IMG/VR virus record: IMGVR_UViG_3300032093_000021
Location: 1-64,000 of that record
Reading direction: 5' to 3' (one strand)
Length of the DNA stretch: 64,000 nucleotides
DNA from: a virus
Shown: positions 48,413 through 57,757 of the stretch, piece after piece
How the letters are laid out: each line of letters begins with the position of its first letter
Position numbering within the stretch: position 1 is the stretch's first letter
Notes under the pieces: model-generated
Told to the model about the DNA's origin: nothing
Databases searched by the model: none
Seen by the model: the letters and a program-made list of their open reading frames with translations, nothing else
Made by a program: the position numbers and the translations under genes

Positions 48413-49255
48413 TCAAATTAAATATTTTTTCATATCCATTTCAAGGACTGTCCCCATAATTTGTTTGGGTATTCTATACTCCTTGAAATCAGAATCATCC
48501 TGTAGTAATACTATGATACCCCCAAACACCCTCATATTCTCATATTTGGTTCCTTTCATCATCTCAAGGAATAACTTCACATATAAAGGTAATTGAACGT
48601 AATAGTGACCAAGAGCCGTGTCATCAACATCAGTGAATGGATCTTTCATTTTCTTTGTAAATCTATTTGATTCAAAGTTCTTGGGTTTGTTTGTCTTCCA
48701 ATCAGTTATAAGAAGTCCATATTCGGTCTTATCTTTGCTTTCAACTAACCACAACTTATCAGGCTGTCCGGTATATCCCAAATCAGGATGTCCCAAGACA
48801 GTTTCTGTATCAAGTAATGCTACATTCCTCTCTTTCATTAGTTTCAAATACTTTGACCCAGCAGAAATCATACTATCACTTTTCATCATCTGAATTACAT
48901 CACACTCAAATATCGGTTCTCTCACATCTTTGTAGTTATCATACTGCTCAATAAGTTTCTTTTCCAAAACGTAGTGAACCCTTGATCCCATATTTGTTGC
49001 ATATCTTCCGGATGCCGCCCATTCAGCTATTAACTCCTCTTGTTTCTGTGGATCTCCCCCGGATTTATTATATGCCGCTTGTTCAGTTGGAAACTCAGTA
49101 TAAAACTTCTTTAATACCTTTGATACCGATGGATAGTCAGTCCTACCATTCATAGTATAGATATGATCTTCCTCCTTAAAGGTTAGCCCAAACTCCTTTT
49201 GCTTCATGGCAATTGTTTCCCTAATGTCTTTTGCAATTTCGTGTAAATCTCTCAT
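48413..49255 (-). CDS. PD-(D/E)XK exonuclease
   Basis: SVSKVL, GSRVH, GQPD, DWKT, QL.LY; start MRDLH overlaps primase stop. Confidence 0.85.
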   Translation of the reverse strand: MRDLHEIAKDIRETIAMKQKEFGLTFKEEDHIYTMNGRTDYPSVSKVLKKFYTEFPTEQAAYNKSGGDPQKQEELIAEWAASGRYATNMGSRVHYVLEKKLIEQYDNYKDVREPIFECDVIQMMKSDSMISAGSKYLKLMKERNVALLDTETVLGHPDLGYTGQPDKLWLVESKDKTEYGLLITDWKTNKPKNFESNRFTKKMKDPFTDVDDTALGHYYVQLPLYVKLFLEMMKGTKYENMRVFGGIIVLLQDDSDFKEYRIPKQIMGTVLEMDMKKYLI

Positions 49256-50148
49256 CTCATTTTGTAATAATAATCGTTTATGTTTCCCCTCAGATCGCAT
49301 ACATCCTTATCCTCGGGTAGTTTAACTATTTTGACTCTATCATATAACGCCCCGCCATTCAGTTCCCTATAAAGCTTAGTAGCGTTCGTCCAGGCGTCAC
49401 CATCAAGACAAATTATAACATTTTTTTTTGACTTCGTATATAAGGACTCAAAAAGATATTCTGATAAATGTTTTCCAAGCATTGGGATTGGATTAGGTAG
49501 GAAGAACGCATCAAACACACCCTCAACAATGTAAATGTCTTCATCCCAATTTATTAGATGTTCGTTGAATATGATCTTGTCTTTCTCAGCTTGAGGGTTC
49601 TTATATTTGAACTTTGTATTACCCCAACTTCTTGCAACATAATAGTTTAGAACATTATTCTGATCATAGGACGGCACAATAATCCTTCCGGAACATTCTC
49701 CTTTATCACAGAATCCGATCTGATACTTCTCAATAATTTCGTCTGTAATACCCCGACTTGATAAATAATTTTTGGCCTGCTTATACACAGGATAGATGGG
49801 GTTTGAATCTTTGAATTTGGTATATCCTTCCGGTAGTGTGAGTTTCTTTGCTTTCTTCTCCCTGACCTTAATCTCTTCAGGCCTTACAAGGAGATATAAC
49901 TTCTTTTGTTTCTTGGTCCCATAGGTGTCAAACAACTTACCCAAAGGTCCGTGAGTTCCTTCAGTATCACCACAACTCCAGCAGTGATAAACCGATTTAT
50001 CCAAGTTAACCTCAAAATTACCTTTACCCCTACCCGCATCACAAACCGGACAGTTATAGGAATACTGGTGAGTGGAGTTATTGGTCTTTTTAGGATCACC
50101 CAAGACCTCTTCCAATAAATTTAATATTACTTCAATTTCTTGTTCCAT
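49252..50148 (-). CDS. dnaG: DNA primase (Zn finger plus TOPRIM)
   Basis: CPVC..HCWSC, RIIVP, KYKNP, VEGVFD, LDGD. Confidence 0.9.
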   Translation of the reverse strand: MEQEIEVILNLLEEVLGDPKKTNNSTHQYSYNCPVCDAGRGKGNFEVNLDKSVYHCWSCGDTEGTHGPLGKLFDTYGTKKQKKLYLLVRPEEIKVREKKAKKLTLPEGYTKFKDSNPIYPVYKQAKNYLSSRGITDEIIEKYQIGFCDKGECSGRIIVPSYDQNNVLNYYVARSWGNTKFKYKNPQAEKDKIIFNEHLINWDEDIYIVEGVFDAFFLPNPIPMLGKHLSEYLFESLYTKSKKNVIICLDGDAWTNATKLYRELNGGALYDRVKIVKLPEDKDVCDLRGNINDYYYKMR

Positions 50149-50188
50149 TTGTGGATATACACCACAAAAATAAGTATTGTTTGGTAAA

Positions 50189-50782
50189 TTACCAAATCCC
50201 TTTTTCTTTCATATAACCCAAAGCACAAGTGTAAGCATCGCTTTGGTCAAAGTTCTCTTTCTTTAATGTATTATTTTTTGTATAGTGCCAAACGATCTGT
50301 GGTTCCCTTTTCGCCACAAGTTCCCAAATAATCATCTTCTTATCAATATCTTTTGGAAACCCTCCGAATAGAACAAACTTGTTTGCATCATTCTTCTTGA
50401 CAAGATGGGGAAATGCAAATTTTCTTGAATTGTATGTGGATATAAATTGGGGGATAATACCCAACACGTCATATATCTCTCTAAATATTAAAGTATTATA
50501 TCTAAGTAGTGTTCCTACTGTATAAACGTTGTTTGAGTTAAGTAACGGTTCCTCTATTACAACATCAGTAATTCCAAGTTCCTTATACCCGATCAATTTA
50601 CTTCTGAACATCTCGGCTTTTACCAAAAGTTCTTCCATTTTGTTTTCTCTTTTAGGTTTGGGAATTGGTGAAATGTGTGTAAGTTCCAATAGTTCTTTTG
50701 TCTCCATATCAAATAGAGCCCATCCAATAGTTTTGGTTGAAATGTCAAGACCCAATACCTTGGGGTTGTTTTTTATTTCCAT
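50189..50782 (-). CDS. RuvC-like Holliday junction resolvase
   Basis: LGLDIS..IGW, VIEE, DQSDA; likely start MEIKNN. Confidence 0.8.
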   Translation of the reverse strand: MEIKNNPKVLGLDISTKTIGWALFDMETKELLELTHISPIPKPKRENKMEELLVKAEMFRSKLIGYKELGITDVVIEEPLLNSNNVYTVGTLLRYNTLIFREIYDVLGIIPQFISTYNSRKFAFPHLVKKNDANKFVLFGGFPKDIDKKMIIWELVAKREPQIVWHYTKNNTLKKENFDQSDAYTCALGYMKEKGIW

Positions 50783-50807
50783 ATTGTAAAATACTAAACT
50801 ATCAAGA

Positions 50808-53024
50808 TTAGAAGTCAAGTTTAACTGCAATTTGTTGAGTGCCTTGCCTTAACACCGGTGATTGAAGTTTTGTCACAACTACTAAGTCTTTATCAACATC
50901 ATATAATCCAACTTCTGAAATATAAGAAGGTGAACCAGATTTCCATGTAGGGTTACTTGTATTTGTGAATTGAGTTTGTGAAAGATTCACTAAGAACTTC
51001 ATCTCATAAATTGTAGCTTGAATATCGGTCTCTATATTTCCATAGAAAAAATATTCGTCACCAAATGTTAATTTGTCCTTTTCTAACGGGAAAGGATCTG
51101 GTAAATCAATAAAATTATCTAAATTATAAGTTGGTGCGTTTTGATAAGCATTGTGACTTATTGTAAAAGTCGTACCGGTCATCCCACTCACCGTGATATA
51201 ACCATTAATACTTGAACCTGAAAGTTGATTTGTGAAATCAAGTAATTTCCAAGATGAAGAATTTGGTCTTGTTTTTGTGTCACCTGTTTGAACTAATATT
51301 TGAAACTGTTGAGCATTGAATCCTTGCATACAACAATCAGTCAAAAATGGAAACTCATTTCCAAATTTAACCGTTACGTCTTGTCTTTGGTTGGTGTAAC
51401 ATGTCTGTGGACCGGTTATTTTACTATAATAATTACAATGTAGTGAATTAGTGAATGCGGAGGAACTGAATCTATAGGTAAGATACAAAACCTGATTTTC
51501 ATTACCAAGTAAGCCTATGTCGTCATTATTATCATCACATACATTAGGAACAACTAAAGACAATTTTGGAGCTGGTAAAGTCCAGTTTCTGTTTGATTTA
51601 TAACTCATCGCGGCAATTATTTCATCATCATCAAAAACAATTTGTTTCAAATCAGGAAATACTTTACCTACTCTACTTGGATTACCATCACCATTAAGAT
51701 GGGTATCCCAAAGATGGAAATATCTCAATCCGGGTTCGTTCATATCATTGTTTTTGGATGATTGAAGATATCTTACATCAAAATAATTTGCATTACCAAC
51801 ATTAGGATCAACATAAAAAGTTTCGCCTATCGTTTTAGTAGATGATTTATGCCACATCAACCATGGTATTGTTACCTTGAAGTTTCTCGCCATTCCCAAA
51901 GTATCCACTGCTAAAGGATCAAAAGGCTCCATTGCAAATTTCTCACCATAAAAACTATCAATCGCATTGTTTGTATAATGCACTATAGCAATTGATTTTT
52001 GTTCTTCAGGTTCCAAATAAATTTTTTCATCATATGAGTTATAAAAAAATGTATCCGTACTCTGAGCATTCAAGGTGTTGTTAATATAAAAAGTTTGTCC
52101 TGACTTATTTTGGTATCCGAAATATTCTTTACTCCCAATATACTCTCTTGACCCGAAATTTCTAAAATCTTCATTTAATGATGGGTTGATGCCAGCCGGG
52201 TTTTCCGACCAAACGATGTTCATATTCCAAATTTTAACGTCAGTGTTTCCCAAATCACATATTGACTCAAAATTAATAACATCAGGAGGCCAATAACCCA
52301 TTGGGGTGTTATAGTCATAAATTTCAGTAATTCCCGACGGATAAAATAATATTTTCGCATCTTTGCAACATGTTGCTGAGTTATAATATTTTGGTATTTC
52401 TCTATCAAATTTTACAATAGTTCCTCCTGTAGTTGCACTCACCTCTTGAACTTTATAAGTGAGTATTGGTATGTTCTTATTTATGTTACCACAATGTCCG
52501 GATGCATCAAAATATATGACCGCAAAATCTCCAACTTTTGGTGTTCCTGTTGTTGGACTACAAAATGAATTTTGAAGATAATATCCGTTAACATTACAAT
52601 TCAAACATGAATTTATTTTATAATTTGAATTAACAGTATACGCAGAGGTTGTTTTTGCACTCCAAGGTATTGTATTACCTGTTTCAAAAAAACCTCTGGG
52701 TGCCGCTGTATTGTAAACTGAATCAATCTGCGAATCCATGGTGGCAATTCCATAAGTAGAACCTGTTGCACCATTAACATAATAAGGATACTTGACATTC
52801 ATCTTATTGGCTTGTGGTTCTTGTGTAATGTTTTGAGCGTTGTAGGCCGCCTCCAAAATTACATTATTAGCCTGATCATAACCGGGTATTGAGTTATATG
52901 AAAGTTCACTATCTCCAACCTGAAAGTATCTTATATCTAATTTACCTTGTGAAAGTTTTTGTCTACCTACATCTGTAAATCTTGTATTTAATAATCCTGA
53001 TGTATTTTTAATGATGTACGCCAT
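50808..53024 (-). CDS. Baseplate/tail-collar-type structural protein
   Basis: N-terminal FTDVGRQKL..FQVGD and C-terminal ISEVGLYD..LVVV..L..PV. Confidence 0.6.
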   Translation of the reverse strand: MAYIIKNTSGLLNTRFTDVGRQKLSQGKLDIRYFQVGDSELSYNSIPGYDQANNVILEAAYNAQNITQEPQANKMNVKYPYYVNGATGSTYGIATMDSQIDSVYNTAAPRGFFETGNTIPWSAKTTSAYTVNSNYKINSCLNCNVNGYYLQNSFCSPTTGTPKVGDFAVIYFDASGHCGNINKNIPILTYKVQEVSATTGGTIVKFDREIPKYYNSATCCKDAKILFYPSGITEIYDYNTPMGYWPPDVINFESICDLGNTDVKIWNMNIVWSENPAGINPSLNEDFRNFGSREYIGSKEYFGYQNKSGQTFYINNTLNAQSTDTFFYNSYDEKIYLEPEEQKSIAIVHYTNNAIDSFYGEKFAMEPFDPLAVDTLGMARNFKVTIPWLMWHKSSTKTIGETFYVDPNVGNANYFDVRYLQSSKNNDMNEPGLRYFHLWDTHLNGDGNPSRVGKVFPDLKQIVFDDDEIIAAMSYKSNRNWTLPAPKLSLVVPNVCDDNNDDIGLLGNENQVLYLTYRFSSSAFTNSLHCNYYSKITGPQTCYTNQRQDVTVKFGNEFPFLTDCCMQGFNAQQFQILVQTGDTKTRPNSSSWKLLDFTNQLSGSSINGYITVSGMTGTTFTISHNAYQNAPTYNLDNFIDLPDPFPLEKDKLTFGDEYFFYGNIETDIQATIYEMKFLVNLSQTQFTNTSNPTWKSGSPSYISEVGLYDVDKDLVVVTKLQSPVLRQGTQQIAVKLDF

Positions 53025-53041
53025 ATTGGATAAATATTATG

Positions 53042-54367
53042 TTATTGAAAAATTTGTGGACTCTGATTTATGATAACTTGATTTTCTTCCATCTCACAAC
53101 AATCACAACTATATTCAATTTCATCAAAATATGATAGAATTCCAAGTTGAGCCTTCGTAAAACATGGCCCAACTAAAGAACCACTTTGTTGTGTATCTAT
53201 TCCGTAAACAAATCTAACAAGAAAAGAGTCATTTTTTTCTAGTGTAATTTGCCCAGTACTATACTGTCGGACACCGGACAATACAGAATATGTTGGATTA
53301 CAATCGGAGGGGAATACAACGCTTAATGGTTGATTCAAAATTTCATTTACCGGTTGATTAATACTATTTTTTTGGACAGTGTTTCCTGTAGTGTCAAAAT
53401 AAGCAACACCAGGTTGAGAATATGATAAATCATATTGAATCACATAATTAAAAGTGATATTCTCACCTACCGGGATCAAAGATGTATCATAAACTACCTC
53501 CGCCTCATAGTATTGTATAAATCCTATTTTTGAAAGTTGTTTGAGGGTAGTTGATTGCGATTGAACAGAAAATTTATTTACCGGAGGTGAATCAACAACC
53601 ACAACCTCACTCAATAATGTATTATTTGAGCTTTTAGCATATACTGTGTATGTACCAGGTAATAAACTGTTAAAAACACCTAAATTTTGGAAATTACTAT
53701 TATCCAAGGAATATTGCCAGCTACCGGTACTCCCCAATGCTGTTGCAAAAATTGAACCATTTGCCGATTTACAATCAGCATCATAACTTATCGCATTAAG
53801 AAAACTGAATGTTGATACAAAAGAACTACAAGTCCCCGTTTGCGATACCACAACAAAATCGCCTGATGAAGAACCTACAGCATTCCAATTTGTTTGAGGT
53901 ATCTCATCAAAATCAGTGGATCTGAAAACACACCCTTTATTCGTATATCCAGAAAAATCCCAATAACCATTAGTATTCCATACCAAACTACCTGAGTTTC
54001 CGGAATACACAGGTTTTGTATTTATCGTAGTATTATTATAACAAAAATCAAAGTTAGATTGTGTTGAATTTTCCAAGTCAAATATCAATAAACAAATACA
54101 CGGATAAACGTTATCCTCGGGCTCTAGTTCAAAAACAACTTGATTTTTACATTTTTTACCATTGTTGTATAAAATTAAACTATTTACATTGCTTGGAGTT
54201 TTCACTAATACACCTGTTGTTGATAGTAAACTTAAGGACAATCCCGATAAGTTTGCATTAGTTGGGTACTCTTTCGCTATGAATGCCGGATTTACTATAT
54301 CATAATATATTGAGTATAATCCTGGCGACGTTCCTCCTGTAATTTTTATTTGATAAAATCTATCCAT
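53042..54367 (-). CDS. Tail-associated protein with SprB-like repeat
   Basis: C..ANGSI..ALG..WQYSLD..FNSLLPGTYTVY. Confidence 0.6.
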   Translation of the reverse strand: MDRFYQIKITGGTSPGLYSIYYDIVNPAFIAKEYPTNANLSGLSLSLLSTTGVLVKTPSNVNSLILYNNGKKCKNQVVFELEPEDNVYPCICLLIFDLENSTQSNFDFCYNNTTINTKPVYSGNSGSLVWNTNGYWDFSGYTNKGCVFRSTDFDEIPQTNWNAVGSSSGDFVVVSQTGTCSSFVSTFSFLNAISYDADCKSANGSIFATALGSTGSWQYSLDNSNFQNLGVFNSLLPGTYTVYAKSSNNTLLSEVVVVDSPPVNKFSVQSQSTTLKQLSKIGFIQYYEAEVVYDTSLIPVGENITFNYVIQYDLSYSQPGVAYFDTTGNTVQKNSINQPVNEILNQPLSVVFPSDCNPTYSVLSGVRQYSTGQITLEKNDSFLVRFVYGIDTQQSGSLVGPCFTKAQLGILSYFDEIEYSCDCCEMEENQVIINQSPQIFQ

Positions 54368-54371
54368 GTTA

Positions 54372-56153
54372 TTATATTAAACCATTATCTATTATTATCC
54401 AATTATTAGGTGCCGAAGTTAAAATACTTTTAGCAGAACTTGCGATGTTGTTGTAGTTCTGTGAAACATTCATCTGAACATTCGGTTTCAGAGTCAATAC
54501 TGACCAATCTATTAACAGATTATTGTAGTTTGTTATACTAAAACTACTTCCTGATAAAAATCCACTCAAGTTTGTAACATTTATTGGTTTCCATGTTTGT
54601 AAAGTTTGGTTAAAATTTGAAGAATTTCTAAACATATCCTCCATTGTAGTTACACCTGTGACATTCCAAGTTGATAGATCTTTGTTAAATTGTGAAGCTC
54701 CTTCAAACATACTTTCCATAGTCGTAACTTTAGATACATCCCACGATCCAATTGGTTGATTAAATGAAACAGCATTTGTAAATACCCCTTCCATCAAAGT
54801 GACAGCACTTGTAGTCCAACCACTTATATTGGGGGATCCTAAATTATTAAAGATTGATGCCCCATTAAACATATTTCTGAATGTTTTAACATTACTTACA
54901 TCCCAATTACTCAAATCCTGATTAAACATAACCGCACTTCCAAACATTGATCTCAAACCTTGACTGAAACCACAACAAGTATTCACTTTTTTTACATTCC
55001 AATTACCTAATGGTTGATTAAATTTGTCTGTTGAGAAAAACATATGTCCCATCTCTTCAGCCGATGAAGTATTCCAATTATTTATAGTTGGAGACGAATT
55101 ATTGTTGAATTTTTTTGCATCATGGAACATATAACCAAAGAATTTTACTTTTGAAACATTCCATTTTCCAATGTTCCTATTAAAGTTATATGCATTATAA
55201 AACATATAATTCATTTTAGTTACACTTGATGTGTCCCAATCATTTATTGTATCACTTCCGTTATTGTCAAAATTTGTTGCCCCTGCAAACATAAATTGCA
55301 TATCAGCACAAAATAATGTTTTCCAATTCCCTATATTTTTATTAAATTGAGTTGCACTTTCAAACATGCTTTGCATCGTGGTTACATTGTTTGTTGTCCA
55401 ACCACTTAAGTCTGAATTGAAAACAGTTGCATTTTTGAAGGTATAACTCATGTTATTTACCTTTGAAGTGTCCCATTGGCTTACCTTATTTATACTTGAT
55501 AGACTTGTACACGACTCAAATAAACTTGAAAACGATGTCATACCTGAAGTGTTTAGGGTATCAACAACATTCGGAATATTGAGATTGGTACAAGCCGAAA
55601 AATGCCCTGTTGAATTCCCGAGCTGTATGGGTCCCCACTTTAAAATTTCCAATAATTTTAATCTATCGGAAGGATCTATTTTATAGTTCCACCCTATAAA
55701 GTTACCCGGAAAACTATAAATTTTTATTTCATATACACCAGTTGATGCATAGGTATGTGTTTTTTTAACATCATTCCAATTTTTTATATTATCCCAAGGC
55801 CCCCCATCTCCCCAATCAACATATATGTCGTAAATACCTGAAGATATTAGTGGTAATTTCACTTGATTATTACTGGTTGTTCCGGGTTTGGTTGTATCTA
55901 TTTTGAAATGAAAATATTGCGGTTCTTCAATTTCTATTTCAGCGCATAGATTGTTATTGTCTACAATTTTGAGTTTTGTGGTGCCAATAGGTATATTATT
56001 TAAGATCAATGGACAATTTGGTAACGTCAATTGAGAAACAGTCGTTGAGGTTATTTCAGAGATATAATAATCCTGATTGCCATAAATGACTATAGGATCT
56101 ACCAAGTTATTGGCACCAATATCATCCAAACAAATTGCAACTTCAAATGTCAT
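54372..56153 (-). CDS. BspA/DUF285-repeat surface or tail protein
   Basis: VDWGDG PKD-like unit and many W.TS.V..M..MF...FN repeats. Confidence 0.88.
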   Translation of the reverse strand: MTFEVAICLDDIGANNLVDPIVIYGNQDYYISEITSTTVSQLTLPNCPLILNNIPIGTTKLKIVDNNNLCAEIEIEEPQYFHFKIDTTKPGTTSNNQVKLPLISSGIYDIYVDWGDGGPWDNIKNWNDVKKTHTYASTGVYEIKIYSFPGNFIGWNYKIDPSDRLKLLEILKWGPIQLGNSTGHFSACTNLNIPNVVDTLNTSGMTSFSSLFESCTSLSSINKVSQWDTSKVNNMSYTFKNATVFNSDLSGWTTNNVTTMQSMFESATQFNKNIGNWKTLFCADMQFMFAGATNFDNNGSDTINDWDTSSVTKMNYMFYNAYNFNRNIGKWNVSKVKFFGYMFHDAKKFNNNSSPTINNWNTSSAEEMGHMFFSTDKFNQPLGNWNVKKVNTCCGFSQGLRSMFGSAVMFNQDLSNWDVSNVKTFRNMFNGASIFNNLGSPNISGWTTSAVTLMEGVFTNAVSFNQPIGSWDVSKVTTMESMFEGASQFNKDLSTWNVTGVTTMEDMFRNSSNFNQTLQTWKPINVTNLSGFLSGSSFSITNYNNLLIDWSVLTLKPNVQMNVSQNYNNIASSAKSILTSAPNNWIIIDNGLI

Positions 56154-56155
56154 AT

Positions 56156-57523
56156 TTATCCTATTTTGAAAACATATCCGTTTATTCCTGTTGAATTATT
56201 ACAACTCAAATGTTTCTTTTGGTTGATTGATGCTTTGAAGTCGCAATTCACAATTTCAATAATAGTACAAAATTCTTTCTTAATGAAATCTCCATACTTG
56301 TCAATTACTTCAATCAAATATGTCCCTTCAGGTTGTCCGACCAAGGTTTTTTGGTTTACTTTGTCTCCTGATGGTGTTGTCCAAGTGTAACTATAAGGCT
56401 GTGTCCCACCTGTGACATTTACTGATAATACACCTAAAGTTGTGCTTGTTTGGTTAATAACATTACAACTAATCCCCATTTCAAGAATTGTTATAATTTC
56501 ACACCCTGTTGCTGTAGATCCTGGTGGTATTGGAGATGGTGCTGATGAGCAATCTTGACACTCCAAATCATTACAATCTGATGTGATTATAACACCACCT
56601 ATGTCATTTAGGTTAATTACCTTTGTTTGTGGTGATGGTTCGGGTATAACAGTATAACAGAAATTAGATGGATTTATACTTAAAGTAAATCCAATATTAT
56701 ATTTGGTTCCTGATACTAATTTATATATTAAATTATCACAACAACCTGAAACATAATTACTTTTTGGAATAACAGGGATAACTGGATTACAGACTGAGTT
56801 ATTACATCCGTTCGCCAAAATACTGCCGGCGGTTGCAATGGATGGAGATGGTGAATCAGCCGCTATTAGAGAATAACATTGTCCACTCAATAAAACAGTG
56901 TCACCAATTTTATAAACATTAGATTCCGGTATACTAAGTATAACAATATCATTTGTCTTACAATTTTCAAATGGGTGATCTCCTTCCGCAACGTAACAAT
57001 TTGTATTATCTTGAAGACAAGAATCACAATCCTTAAATCCGTATTTACCTATTACATTATTTACCGATAAAGTCGGAACTGATACCACAACAGGTGTCAC
57101 AACTTCAAAGCATTGAGTAAATACATTAAAATTTTGATCGGTAACTTGTAAGTTCAATACCATTCCAACAGGTGCCGCAAAACCCAAAATTGTTGTTAAA
57201 TTATTAGCCTTAAAAATGGTTATTTCATCACCACAACATTTTTTCAAATATACACTCGTTGAACAAAAATCAACTTGATACAAAGCTGGATTTGGAGTAC
57301 TCAAAGAATATGGTCTGAATTTATTTTCAGAAGCAAGGTATCCTGATTCACCTAATGTTATTGTGCATGCCGAATTAGTAAAAGCTGTGCAGTTTACTAT
57401 CAAATTAGGATCGTCATCAAAATTACAACTCAAATAATAGTCATATGAATTAACCCAATAGTTAACGCACGCAACTTGTTGTGAATCTATGTCAAACCCT
57501 AACTTTGTTTTAATACACGACAT
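56156..57523 (-). CDS. Cys-rich tail-associated protein with SprB repeat
   Basis: CC..C..C modules; VTGGTQPYSYTW..GTY...VID. Confidence 0.6.
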   Translation of the reverse strand: MSCIKTKLGFDIDSQQVACVNYWVNSYDYYLSCNFDDDPNLIVNCTAFTNSACTITLGESGYLASENKFRPYSLSTPNPALYQVDFCSTSVYLKKCCGDEITIFKANNLTTILGFAAPVGMVLNLQVTDQNFNVFTQCFEVVTPVVVSVPTLSVNNVIGKYGFKDCDSCLQDNTNCYVAEGDHPFENCKTNDIVILSIPESNVYKIGDTVLLSGQCYSLIAADSPSPSIATAGSILANGCNNSVCNPVIPVIPKSNYVSGCCDNLIYKLVSGTKYNIGFTLSINPSNFCYTVIPEPSPQTKVINLNDIGGVIITSDCNDLECQDCSSAPSPIPPGSTATGCEIITILEMGISCNVINQTSTTLGVLSVNVTGGTQPYSYTWTTPSGDKVNQKTLVGQPEGTYLIEVIDKYGDFIKKEFCTIIEIVNCDFKASINQKKHLSCNNSTGINGYVFKIG

Positions 57524-57744
57524 TATATGTTAACTTTGTTTTTTATTTCACACTCGTTATTATCAATCACTTTTATACCGACCTCAGTTAATGATAAATA
57601 GGGTGCTGGTACTAAAAATTGATATGGAATATTCACATTGTTTATAGTTGAAATGAAAATACAATTACCATATGTATTATCGCACAAATAGACATCGTAA
57701 GGTGATGATCCGCTTAAAGATGTTATGGTTATTAATTTTGACAT
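57523..57744 (-). CDS. Small structural protein
   Basis: SGSSPYDVY..KVIDNNEC; same style as neighbouring N-terminal domains. Confidence 0.55.
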   Translation of the reverse strand: MSKLITITSLSGSSPYDVYLCDNTYGNCIFISTINNVNIPYQFLVPAPYLSLTEVGIKVIDNNECEIKNKVNI

Positions 57745-57757
57745 ATTTTATAATTTT

